From NCBI GenBank assembly GCA_022826485.1, contig JAJDUU010000052.1, forward strand, positions 70,692-134,691: 64,000 nt of DNA, in the 5' to 3' direction. The position numbers and the translations under genes were made by a program. The DNA is from Chloroflexota bacterium (GTDB taxonomy: Bacteria; Chloroflexota; UBA11872). Shown here piece after piece: positions 1 to 8,926 of the stretch (position 1 is the first letter of the stretch; each line of letters starts with the position of its first letter). Below the pieces are notes generated by a model. That model saw nothing but the letters and a program-made list of their open reading frames with translations. It had not been told where the DNA came from and made no database searches.

Positions 1-576
1 ATGTAGTGCGTGGTGAGGAGGACGGTCCGGCCTTCGGCCTTGAATTGCTCGATCGTCTCCCACAAGCTGCGCCGGGCCTGCGGGTCCATGCCGGTGGTGG
101 GCTCGTCGAGGAAGATGACCGGCGGATCGTTGACCATGGCCAGCGCCACGGATAGGCGCTGCTGTTGCCCGCCGGACAGGTCTTTGACGAACGCGCGGCG
201 GCGCTCCTCCAGACCAAGGAGCGTCAGGAGGTGGTCGGCCACGCCCGCGCGACCGTAAAACGAAGCGAACAGCTCAATCACCTCAGCCACGCGCAGGCGC
301 GGGTACAGCGAGACTTGCTGCAACTGGACGCCAATCTTGCGCTTGAGGTCGCCGGCGTCTCGACCGGGGTCCAGTCCCAAGACGCCCACGGAACCAGAGT
401 CTCGCGGGCGCAGACCCTCAAGAATCTCGACCGTCGTGGTCTTGCCCGCGCCGTTGGGGCCGAGCATGCCGAAGACCTCGCCCACCTCAACCGAAAACGA
501 GACGCCGTCAACAGCCTTGACGTCGTCGTAGGCCTTGCGGAGGTCCTGGACTTCGATGACCGACATACCGGAGGTC
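1..576 (-). CDS. ABC transporter ATP-binding protein, partial. The N-terminus is present; the C-terminus is cut by the window edge.
   Basis: The reverse-complement translation starts MSVIEVQDLRKAY. It contains a Walker A (GPNGAGKTT), the ABC signature LSGGQQQR and a Walker B (IFLDEPTTGMD). It reads in frame to position 1 with no stop. Confidence 0.8.
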
Positions 577-635
577 AACGGTAGGCTCGCGGCGCTCGCG
601 TCAAAGTGACCGATCTCACCAAGCGCGGCGACGGA

Positions 636-2642
636 CTATGTCGAACGTCGCAGGATCATCGCCCCCTGCGGATCCACCGCGGCCCGCCACCCGGGGGCCA
701 CCCAGGTGGTGGCGTCGGACTGCGTGACGACCGCCGGACCGTCGAGCTCGAATCCGAGGTCGAGCTCGTGGCGTGATAGCAGCGGCACATCGCGCACGGA
801 GCCATCGGCAAGGGTGGCTTGCGTTGTGCCTGCCTGAGGAGCACCGCCTTCGGGCGGCGCCGCGGGTGCAATGGACGGCTGCGGCACGGATGCGACCAGC
901 CGCGCCACGACGATCTCGACCGGGGCCTCGGGCCGGCTGTGGGCATAGCGCTGCTGGTGCCGCTCGTGGAACAGGCGCACGGCCTCGGGCACTCCGCCGT
1001 CCCCCAGCGGCACGCTCAACTCGAATGACTGGCCCACGTAGCGCACGTCGAGCAATCGTTGGAGCCGCGGATCGGGAGCCGGCGCGAGGTCGTCACGCGC
1101 CACTTGCTCGAGCGGACCGAAGAGCACATGCAGCCGATCCGGCGTGAGCGATTGGGCGTCGTCGAGCACGGTGGCGGTGTATTCGCGGGTGTGGGCGCCG
1201 GTCAGCGCGCCAAGCGCGGACAGCACGCCGGGATGCGGCGGTACCAGCACCTGCTCGATCTCGAGCCGTTCCGCCAGCTCGCAGCAGTGCATCGGGCCCG
1301 CGCCGCCGAACGGCAGCAAGGTGAAATCGCGCGGGTCGAAGCCGCGTTCGAGCGTAATCACGCGCAGCGCGCGATCCATGTGCGCGTTCGCCACCGCGAT
1401 GACCGCCAGCGCCGCCCGTCGCAGCGCGGCCTCGGATCGATCATCGTCGGAAACCAGCCGTCCCACCGCGCGACGAGCTTGCGGCGCGTCCAGGTGAACG
1501 CGATCGCCAAGGGCCGCGTCCGGAGCAAGCCGGCCCAGCACCAGGTTCGCGTCGGTCACCGTTGGCTCCGTGCCGCCCCGTCCATAGGCGGCGGGGCCCG
1601 GCAGAGCGCCCGCGCTCCGCGGACCTACCCTCAGGGCGCCGGCCTCATCCAGCTGGGCAATCGAGCCGCCGCCGGCGCCGACCGTGTGAATGTCCGTCAT
1701 GGGGATGGCCACGGGCAGGCCGGCGACTTCGGCGTGGGTCGTGCGCAGCGGCTCTCCCGGGCAGACGGCGACGTCGGTCGACGTGCCGCCCATATCGAGC
1801 GTGGCGATGTTGCTGATGCCGGAGGCGCGCGCGACGTGCTGTGCGCCCACCACGCCGGCGGAGGGACCGCTGAGCACGGTGCGCACCGGCGCCTCCGCCG
1901 CCTCGACCGAGCGCAACACGCCGCCGTTGGACTGCACCACCCACAGAGGACCGGGCATCGCCGGCTCGAGCCGGCGCAGATAGCTGGCAACGACCGGCGC
2001 CACGTAGGCGTCGACCACCGTCGTGCTGGTGCGCTCGAATTCGCGGTATTCCGGCAGAACATCCGACGAGAGGGAGACTGCCTCCACGCCCGCTCGGCGC
2101 AGGGCCTCACGAACCGCCTGCTCGTGGGCCGGCTGCAGGAAGCTAAACAGCAGGCAGACGGCGGCGGATGCCGGGTTCAGTCGCCGTACGCGAGCCTCCA
2201 GGCGATCGAGTGATGCCTGGTCGATCGGGGAGACGACGCCGCCGTCCGCGCCGATGCGCTCCGTCACCTCGAGTCGGCGTTCCCGCGGAATCAACGGCGC
2301 CGGCCGCTCGGGCTCGAGCACGTAGAGCGCCGGACGGTTCTGGCGTCCGATCTCCAGCACGTCGCGGAAGCCCTCGGTCGTCACCAATACGGAGCGGGCG
2401 CCGCGGCGCTCGAGCAAGGCGTTTGTGGCCACCGTGGACCCATGCACGATGGCGTCGGCCGACGCGATATCGCCCACGAGCAGGCCGTCCACCACCGCCT
2501 GCTCCGGGGCGCCCGGCGTGCTGGGAACCTTGAACACGCGCATCTCGCCGTCGGCAATGACGACAAAATCGGTAAACGTGCCGCCCACGTCCACGCCAAC
2601 CCGCACGCGTCCCCTCCTCAGGCTCCAGGTGCTTTCGGCCAC
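636..2642 (-). CDS. hyuA: Hydantoinase/oxoprolinase family protein, subunit A type (N-methylhydantoinase A-like).
   Basis: 668 aa. The N-terminus is GVDVGGTFTDFVV and the protein contains LDMGGTSTDV, both typical of the Hydantoinase_A family. No hyuB partner is adjacent. Confidence 0.8.
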   Translation of the reverse strand: MAESTWSLRRGRVRVGVDVGGTFTDFVVIADGEMRVFKVPSTPGAPEQAVVDGLLVGDIASADAIVHGSTVATNALLERRGARSVLVTTEGFRDVLEIGRQNRPALYVLEPERPAPLIPRERRLEVTERIGADGGVVSPIDQASLDRLEARVRRLNPASAAVCLLFSFLQPAHEQAVREALRRAGVEAVSLSSDVLPEYREFERTSTTVVDAYVAPVVASYLRRLEPAMPGPLWVVQSNGGVLRSVEAAEAPVRTVLSGPSAGVVGAQHVARASGISNIATLDMGGTSTDVAVCPGEPLRTTHAEVAGLPVAIPMTDIHTVGAGGGSIAQLDEAGALRVGPRSAGALPGPAAYGRGGTEPTVTDANLVLGRLAPDAALGDRVHLDAPQARRAVGRLVSDDDRSEAALRRAALAVIAVANAHMDRALRVITLERGFDPRDFTLLPFGGAGPMHCCELAERLEIEQVLVPPHPGVLSALGALTGAHTREYTATVLDDAQSLTPDRLHVLFGPLEQVARDDLAPAPDPRLQRLLDVRYVGQSFELSVPLGDGGVPEAVRLFHERHQQRYAHSRPEAPVEIVVARLVASVPQPSIAPAAPPEGGAPQAGTTQATLADGSVRDVPLLSRHELDLGFELDGPAVVTQSDATTWVAPGWRAAVDPQGAMILRRST

Positions 2643-2751
2643 ACAGCTAACTGGTCAGGCTGCCGCCCGGTGCGCATTGTGACCCATGCGGGGGCGCGCC
2701 GGAGCAGGGATGTCCAGCCGGGACCGAAGCGTCGGCCAAACCCGGATCCGA

Positions 2752-4857
2752 TCACGCCTCCGGGCAATGAACGACCGCGACCTCCCACTGGTCGATTGAA
2801 AGCCCGAAGGCGTTGTCCTCCACCACAAGATCGGCCTGGGCGAGGAGATCCCGCGCGGATGCGATCGGCCAGCGCGGGCGCATCTGCACGTGCGCCGTGG
2901 ATCGCTCCAGGTTGAAAAGAAACACCAGCCATCCGCCCTGCCGCGAGCGCCGCACCACCGGCACCACCCGATCGCCGTCGATTGCCACCGGTGCCCCGAT
3001 GCCCGTCTCATCCAGCAGGCCCTGCACCACTTCCGGCTGCCCGACGCCGCCAAAGCCCGCCGAGAGGGTCAATCCATACCAGGTGAAGCGCCCATCGGCC
3101 GTCTGCACGGCGACGCTGGCTCCGTCGAGCGTGGCAATGGTGCGCGTATCCCCCAGCGGCTCCAGCACGGCGTAGCCGCACGGACTGGTGACCGCATGCG
3201 CGCCATGGGGCGTCCGCAGGACATTGCGCCCCTCCTCGATGTCGTATTCGGTCACCGCCGAGAAATCGGCCACTCGCACTCCCAGCCGCTCCGCCAATCC
3301 CTCCGGCGGCCCGTAGCTGGACTGTCCATCACCCTGGTACAGCCCGAAGCTCCCCTCCGCCACGAGCCGGGTCTCAGGGCTATCTTCCAGCGTGCGCTCG
3401 ATCCGCTGCCGCACGTCGTCCGTCATCAGCGTCACGTTGGGCAGGAACAGCAACCGGTAGCCCGACCAATCCATGCGCGGGGTGACCACGTCCGCCGGCA
3501 GGCCATGCGTCCAGAGCGTCCGGTAGACGCCCCGCAAGTCCGCCAGATAGCGCTCGTTCTCGTCGTTGTAGCCGAACAGCTCCTGCGACTCAGGGTGATA
3601 GACAATTCCCACGTCGGCGCGCGGAAACTCCAGCGGCAGGTGCTCGCGCAGGCCGCCGACCTGCTGGATGGCCCGCGTTGCGGCCGCGAATCGGGGGGTG
3701 GGCTCGCCGTCCAGCGCCGCGAGGTTGTAGCCCGGCGACTCGAAGCTGAGGTATTCCGGCCGGTACTGCCAGAACATGGCCCCCGAAGCGCCATGCGCCA
3801 AGGTCATCCAGAGCAGCGTGGTCAGCTCGCGCGGGTCGGATTGCTTCTTCCAGCTAACTCCGCCGCGTGACATGCCCGCGTAGATCTCCTCATTCCACCA
3901 GCGCCCGTGCTTGCCCGCGCTGCGCGACCAATCGAACCCAAACGCTCGCCCCGAAATCTGGTGCGGGTCTCTGGAGGTCAGCAGGTTGTTCGAGGGCATG
4001 GACATGCCCCAACTGTCGGCGATGGCCGCGCAGCTCTCGTCCCAGGGGCGAGGGGACCAACCGCCGTGGGAGCGGGTCTCATGGTCGGGATCGATCTGCT
4101 TGGTCTCGTCGACCATCCACTGCAGGTGGCCGGCCAGGTTTTCGTAGTGGAACCGCCGATACAGCAGCATCTCCACCACGTTCCCATTCGACCGCGGCGG
4201 CTCCACGTCCTCCCAGCGGCGGTAGCGCCGCAGCAGCCGCTCGTTGAGCTCGTCCAGCGTGAAGCGCTCGCGCAGCCAGGCCTCGTACCGCGCCAGGGTG
4301 TGCCGGCAGTAGCAGGGATAGCCGCGTGCCGACGCCAGGCCGACACCGTCCCAAAGGCCCCATATCAGCAAGCTGGGCCGCTCGCGGTAGCGCCGCACCA
4401 CGTGGCGCAGCAGCGCGCCCCCATAGTCGCGCCAGGCCGGATGGTCGTAGCAGTGAATCTGCGAGCCCTGCGGCGCGGCCGGGCCCGCAGTCGGCGCTAC
4501 CGGTTCCCCGGTGTAGGTGACGATCCGCATTTCGGGATGCTCGCGGGTCAGCCACTCGGGGCACGCCCCGTGCGTGGCCAGCGTGATGTCGAGCCAGACG
4601 CGGAGGTCGTGCTTCTCAGCCAGATCGAACAGGCGGTCGAAGTCCTCCAGCTCGTACTGGCCCGGACGCGGCTCCATGTGGTTCCAATAGGAGAAGCTGC
4701 GGACAATGCGGAAGCCCGCGGCGCGCAAACGCGCGAAGTCCTCGTCCCATACGTCGAGCTTGGGAATCGGGGCGCGGTAATACTCCACTCCTACCGGAAA
4801 CGGGACCCCTGGAATGCCAAAACTCTGCTGGTCAGACATCTGCCTCGGTCCTTTCAT
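2752..4857 (-). CDS. Glycoside hydrolase family 42 beta-galactosidase, copy 1.
   Basis: 701 aa. It has a GH42-like N-terminal catalytic region (YYRAP...FSYWNHMEPRPGQYELEDFDRL) and Cys-rich spacing (HCYDH, CYC) consistent with the GH42 zinc site. It is a paralog of the adjacent gene. Confidence 0.72.
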   Translation of the reverse strand: MKGPRQMSDQQSFGIPGVPFPVGVEYYRAPIPKLDVWDEDFARLRAAGFRIVRSFSYWNHMEPRPGQYELEDFDRLFDLAEKHDLRVWLDITLATHGACPEWLTREHPEMRIVTYTGEPVAPTAGPAAPQGSQIHCYDHPAWRDYGGALLRHVVRRYRERPSLLIWGLWDGVGLASARGYPCYCRHTLARYEAWLRERFTLDELNERLLRRYRRWEDVEPPRSNGNVVEMLLYRRFHYENLAGHLQWMVDETKQIDPDHETRSHGGWSPRPWDESCAAIADSWGMSMPSNNLLTSRDPHQISGRAFGFDWSRSAGKHGRWWNEEIYAGMSRGGVSWKKQSDPRELTTLLWMTLAHGASGAMFWQYRPEYLSFESPGYNLAALDGEPTPRFAAATRAIQQVGGLREHLPLEFPRADVGIVYHPESQELFGYNDENERYLADLRGVYRTLWTHGLPADVVTPRMDWSGYRLLFLPNVTLMTDDVRQRIERTLEDSPETRLVAEGSFGLYQGDGQSSYGPPEGLAERLGVRVADFSAVTEYDIEEGRNVLRTPHGAHAVTSPCGYAVLEPLGDTRTIATLDGASVAVQTADGRFTWYGLTLSAGFGGVGQPEVVQGLLDETGIGAPVAIDGDRVVPVVRRSRQGGWLVFLFNLERSTAHVQMRPRWPIASARDLLAQADLVVEDNAFGLSIDQWEVAVVHCPEA

Positions 4858-4956
4858 CCGTGAGCCGGCCGTTGTTCATGGCCGGCGGGCGGACACGACC
4901 GCGACGCGGCCCGATCGTGTCCGCATCACAAGCCGGTGATGCTTCCCCTGCTCCGC

Positions 4957-7059
4957 TCACCCCTCGGTGCAATGGATGACGGCGACCTCCCACTGGTTGA
5001 TCGTGAGCCGGAAGACGTTGTCCTCGACCGCGAGGTCGGACTGGGCGAGGAGGTCGCGCGCCGCCGCAATCGGCCAGCGCGGGCCCAGCTGCACGTGCGC
5101 CGGGGATCGCTCCAGGTTGAAAAGAAACACCAGCCACCCGCCCTGCCGCGAGCGCCGCACCACCGGCACCACCCGATCGCCGTCGATTGCCACCGGCGCC
5201 TCGATGCCGGTCTCGTCCAGCAGCCCCGTCACCAACTCCGGCTGCCCGACATCCCCAAAGCCCGCCGAGAGGGTCAATCCATACCAGGTGAAGCGCCCGT
5301 CGGCCTTCTGCACCGCGACGCTGGCTCCATCGAGCGTGGCGATGGTGCGCGTATCCCCCAGCGGCTCCAGCACGGCGTAGCCGCACGGGCTGCTGATCGA
5401 ATGCGCGCCGTGGGGCGTCTGCAGCACGTTGCGCCCCTCCTCGATGTCGTAGTCGGTCACCGCCGAGAAATCGGCCACTCGCACGCCCAGCCGCTCCGCC
5501 AAACCCTCCGGCGGGCCGTAGCTGGATTGCCCGTCGCCCTGGTAGATCCCAAAGCTGCCTTCCGCCACCAGCCGGGTCTCGGGGCTCTCGTCCAGCGTGC
5601 GCTCGATCCGCGCCCGCACGTCTTCGGTCATGAGCGTCACGTTGGGCAGGAACAGCAACCGGTAACCCGACCAGTCCATGCGTGGGGTGACGATGTCGGC
5701 CGAGACGCCTTGAGTCCAGAGCGTCCGGTAGACCCCCAGCAGGTCGGCCAGGTAGCGTTCGTGCTCGTCGTTGTAGCCAAATAGCTCCTGCGATTCAGGG
5801 TGATAGACGATCCCCACCTCGGCGCGCGGACATTCCAGCGGCAGGTGTTCGCTGAGGCCATCGATCTGCCTGATGGTGCGCGTCACCGCCTCGAATCGCG
5901 GCGTGGGCTCGCCGTCCAGCGCCACCAGGTTGTAGCCGGGCGACTCGAAGCTGAGGTACTCCGGCCGGTGTTGCCAGAACATGGTGCCGGCGGCGCCGTG
6001 CGCCAAGGTCATCCAGACCAGCGTGGTCAACTCGCGCGGGTCGCTCTGCTTCTTCCACGTCACGCCGCCGCGCGACATGCCGGCGTAGATCTCCTCGTTC
6101 CACCAGCGCCCGTGCTTTCCGGCGCTGCGCGACCAGTCGAACCCGAACGCGCGCCCCGCAAGCTGATACGGGTCCCTCGAGGTCAGCAGATTGTTCGAGG
6201 ACATGGACATGCCCCAACTGTCGGCGATGGCTGCGCAGGGCTCGTCCCAGGGCCGAGGCGTCCAACCGGCATGGGAACGCGTCTCATGGACCGGATCCAG
6301 GCGCTTGGCCTCGTCAACCGTCCATTGCAGGTGGTCGACGAGGTTCTCGTAGTGGAACCGCCGGTACAGCAGCATTTCCACCACGTTCTGATTTGACCGC
6401 GGCGGTTCCACGTCTTCCCAGCGGCGGTAACGGCGCAGCAGCCGCTCATTGAGCTCATCCAGCGTGAAGCGCTCCCGCAGCCAGGCCTCGTACCGCGCCA
6501 GCGTGTGCGGGCAGTAGCAGGGGTAGCCATCGCTTTCGCGGCAGAAGGCGGACGACAGGTTCACTCCGTCCCAGAGGCCCCAGATCAGCAGGCCGGGTCG
6601 ATCGCGATATCGCGTCACGACGTGCCGCAGCAGCGCGCCGCCGTATTCACGCCAGGCCGGGTGGTCGTAGCAGTGCATCTGCGTGCCCTGCGGCGCGGAA
6701 GCGCCCGCGCTTGGCTGCACCAAGTCCCCGCGATAGGTCACCACCCGCATGTCGGGATGCTCGCGGGTCAGCCACTCCGGGCAGGCCCCGTGCGTGGCCA
6801 GCGTGAGGTCGAGCCAGACCTTGAGATCGTGCTTCTCCGCCAGATCGAACAGCCGGTCGAAATCCTCCAGCTCGTACTGGCCCGGACGCGGCTCCATGTG
6901 ATTCCAGTAGGTGAAGCTGCGAACAACGTGGAATCCGGCGGCGCGTATCCGCGCGAAGTCGTCGTCCCAGACATCGAGCTTGGGCATGGGGGCGCGGTAA
7001 TACGCCACGCCAACCGGGAATGGGACTCCTGGAATGCCGAAGGTATGTTCGCCCGTCAC
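4957..7059 (-). CDS. Glycoside hydrolase family 42 beta-galactosidase, copy 2.
   Basis: 700 aa. It is about 85-90% identical to copy 1 across the full length and carries the same motifs. Confidence 0.72.
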   Translation of the reverse strand: MTGEHTFGIPGVPFPVGVAYYRAPMPKLDVWDDDFARIRAAGFHVVRSFTYWNHMEPRPGQYELEDFDRLFDLAEKHDLKVWLDLTLATHGACPEWLTREHPDMRVVTYRGDLVQPSAGASAPQGTQMHCYDHPAWREYGGALLRHVVTRYRDRPGLLIWGLWDGVNLSSAFCRESDGYPCYCPHTLARYEAWLRERFTLDELNERLLRRYRRWEDVEPPRSNQNVVEMLLYRRFHYENLVDHLQWTVDEAKRLDPVHETRSHAGWTPRPWDEPCAAIADSWGMSMSSNNLLTSRDPYQLAGRAFGFDWSRSAGKHGRWWNEEIYAGMSRGGVTWKKQSDPRELTTLVWMTLAHGAAGTMFWQHRPEYLSFESPGYNLVALDGEPTPRFEAVTRTIRQIDGLSEHLPLECPRAEVGIVYHPESQELFGYNDEHERYLADLLGVYRTLWTQGVSADIVTPRMDWSGYRLLFLPNVTLMTEDVRARIERTLDESPETRLVAEGSFGIYQGDGQSSYGPPEGLAERLGVRVADFSAVTDYDIEEGRNVLQTPHGAHSISSPCGYAVLEPLGDTRTIATLDGASVAVQKADGRFTWYGLTLSAGFGDVGQPELVTGLLDETGIEAPVAIDGDRVVPVVRRSRQGGWLVFLFNLERSPAHVQLGPRWPIAAARDLLAQSDLAVEDNVFRLTINQWEVAVIHCTEG

Positions 7060-7249
7060 GGCGGCTGCTCCATGCGCGCCCGATCTGAGCGCATCCTACC
7101 CCGAGCGGAAGTGGCAGCTGGCTCGCCGGACCAGGAGGCCTGAAGGCCCGAGAGGCCCGATCCCGGCGAGCGCGCGTCGCCAACCGACCATGCTAGATTG
7201 CGGCCGCCTCGCGCTCGTGGCGCCCACCGCGAACCTCTGAGGCCCTCGC

Positions 7250-7921
7250 ATGGCTGATCGCCGCTCGTCGCAACGCGTGCCCCCAACCACCGTTCGGCGG
7301 CTGTCGGCCTACTACCGCGCGCTCGGCGCGCTCACCGAGCAGGGCGTGCCGCACGTGTCGTCCAAGGCGCTTAGCGACCTCGCCGGGTCCACGGCGCCGC
7401 AGGTGCGCCGCGACCTAGCCTATTTCGGCTCCTTTGGCACACGCGGCGTCGGCTACTCCGTCGACGCCCTGCGGGCGCAACTCGCCCGCATTCTCGGCAT
7501 CGACCGCTCCTGGCCCCTGGGGCTGGTGGGCGTGGGAAATCTGGGCCGGGCCCTGTTGGCGTATCGCGGCTTTCGTGGACCCGAGTACAGGATCGCCGCG
7601 GCGTTCGACGCCGACCGAGCCAAGATCGGCACGGTCGTCGAGGGCGTGCCCGTGTCGGATGTCGCCGGCTTCGCCGGTGAGGCTCGACGGCTGCGCCTGG
7701 CGATCGCGCTGGTGGCCGTGCCCGCGGAGGCCGCGCAGGCCGTTGTCGACCAGATCGTGGCGGCCGACGTGCACGCCATCCTCAACTTTGCGCCGGTGCA
7801 ACTGCGCGTCCCAAAAGGCGTCCGGCTATCCAACGTAGACCTCTCCATGGAAGTGGAGTCGCTCACCCATGCCCTCACCGACGGGAGGCGTGGCGCGGGC
7901 GGGGCGGGGTGCGTATCATGA
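7250..7921 (+). CDS. rex: Redox-sensing transcriptional repressor Rex.
   Basis: 223 aa. The N-terminus carries a winged-helix region (RLSAYYRAL, SSKALSDLAGSTAPQVRRDLAYFGSFGTRGVGY) followed by a Rossmann region (LVGVGNLGRAL). It is divergent from the GH42 pair and sits immediately upstream of nuoA. Confidence 0.8.
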   Translation: MADRRSSQRVPPTTVRRLSAYYRALGALTEQGVPHVSSKALSDLAGSTAPQVRRDLAYFGSFGTRGVGYSVDALRAQLARILGIDRSWPLGLVGVGNLGRALLAYRGFRGPEYRIAAAFDADRAKIGTVVEGVPVSDVAGFAGEARRLRLAIALVAVPAEAAQAVVDQIVAADVHAILNFAPVQLRVPKGVRLSNVDLSMEVESLTHALTDGRRGAGGAGCVS

Positions 7922-7928
7922 GCGCGGC

Positions 7929-7946
7929 TTGTGAAGTCCGTCACTA
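7929..7946 (+). promoter_or_regulatory. Candidate Rex operator: TTGTGAA-gtcc-GTCACTA, compared with the consensus TTGTGAA-N4-TTCACAA.
   Basis: The left half-site is perfect. The right half matches at 5 of 7 positions. It lies 36-53 nt upstream of the nuoA start codon, in the rex-nuoA intergenic region. Confidence 0.4.
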
Positions 7947-7981
7947 ACCGTCCACCTACGGAGGGGTAGCAGCGCGTCCTA

Positions 7982-8344
7982 ATGCCGTCCTGGATCGCCG
8001 TTGTCATTCTCATCGCGCTCGCGCTCCTCTTCACCATCGGCAGCTTTGTGGGGACGATCGTCCTCAAGCCGCGCCGCAAGGAGCAGGTCAAGGGCGAGGC
8101 CTACGAGTCGGGCATGCCGCCCATCGGCGACACGCGCGGCCGCCACAACGTCCGGTTCTACATCGTGGCCATGCTGTTCCTGATCTTCGACGTCGAGTTG
8201 GCGTTCCTCTATCCCTGGGTCGTGCTCTACAGCAATCTCGACGAGCAGTTGTTCCTGTTCATCGAAGCGCTGGTGTTCATCGGCATCCTGGGCGTCGGAT
8301 ACGTCTACGCCTGGCGCAAGGGCGCCTTGGACTGGAAGAACTAG
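7982..8344 (+). CDS. nuoA: NADH-quinone oxidoreductase subunit A.
   Basis: 120 aa membrane protein. Typical NuoA/ND3 sequence (FLIFDVELAFLYPW). Confidence 0.85.
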   Translation: MPSWIAVVILIALALLFTIGSFVGTIVLKPRRKEQVKGEAYESGMPPIGDTRGRHNVRFYIVAMLFLIFDVELAFLYPWVVLYSNLDEQLFLFIEALVFIGILGVGYVYAWRKGALDWKN

Positions 8345-8347
8345 CCC

Positions 8348-8926
8348 GTGATCAGCACGGCGCCAACGCCGACCATTGACGCGGCGGGCATCGTCAGCCG
8401 CGTGCGCGAGCTCGCGGGCGAGGCCTTCGAGGGCGGTCGCGTCGTGCGTGGCGATCCCGTCGTGGAGATATCGCCCGACGCCATTCCCGAGCTGGCGCAG
8501 GCGCTGCGTGACGACGCCGAGCTCCGATTCGAGCAGCTGATCGACGTGACCGCCGTGCACTGGCCCGCGGACGTTGGACGCGAGTTCGAGTTGGTCTACC
8601 AATACCGCTCGCTCAGCAACAACCTGTTTCTCCGGGTCAAGGCGCGCGTCGGCGACGGCGGCTCCGTGGCCACGCTGGCCCACACCTACCAATCCGCGCG
8701 CTGGCTGGAGCGCGAGGTGCACGATCTCTTCGGCATCGGCTTCGAGGGCCATCCCGACCCGCGCCGCGTGCTGTTGCCCGAGGGCTACGAAGGCCACCCG
8801 CTGCGCAAGGACTACCCGGTGGAAGGCCCGACCTTCCCCGAGGACGCGCATCGCAACGACCTGTTCGGAAACCTCGACCCGGATGACTTCTGGGACGACC
8901 CGCCGGCGGGAGCATCGGGCTCATGA
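8348..8926 (+). CDS. nuoC: NADH-quinone oxidoreductase subunit C (30 kDa).
   Basis: 192 aa. It starts 4 nt after the nuoA stop, so there is no room for a nuoB gene. Carries the NuoC-like motif ERE(V)HDLFGIGFEGHPD. Confidence 0.85.
   Translation: MISTAPTPTIDAAGIVSRVRELAGEAFEGGRVVRGDPVVEISPDAIPELAQALRDDAELRFEQLIDVTAVHWPADVGREFELVYQYRSLSNNLFLRVKARVGDGGSVATLAHTYQSARWLEREVHDLFGIGFEGHPDPRRVLLPEGYEGHPLRKDYPVEGPTFPEDAHRNDLFGNLDPDDFWDDPPAGASGS

Larger units (their letters stand above)
2752..7059. repeat. Tandem direct duplication of about 2.1 kb (the two GH42 genes), separated by a spacer of about 100 bp.
   Basis: The two ORF translations align collinearly end to end at high identity. Confidence 0.7.

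Noticed and set aside
7060-7249. A possible second Rex operator or small RNA in the GH42/rex divergent intergenic region.
   Set aside because: There is no TTGTGAA-type half-site. Only short GGCC palindromes are present, which are expected by chance in GC-rich DNA. A weak TGcTAGATT -10-like element was seen but not called.
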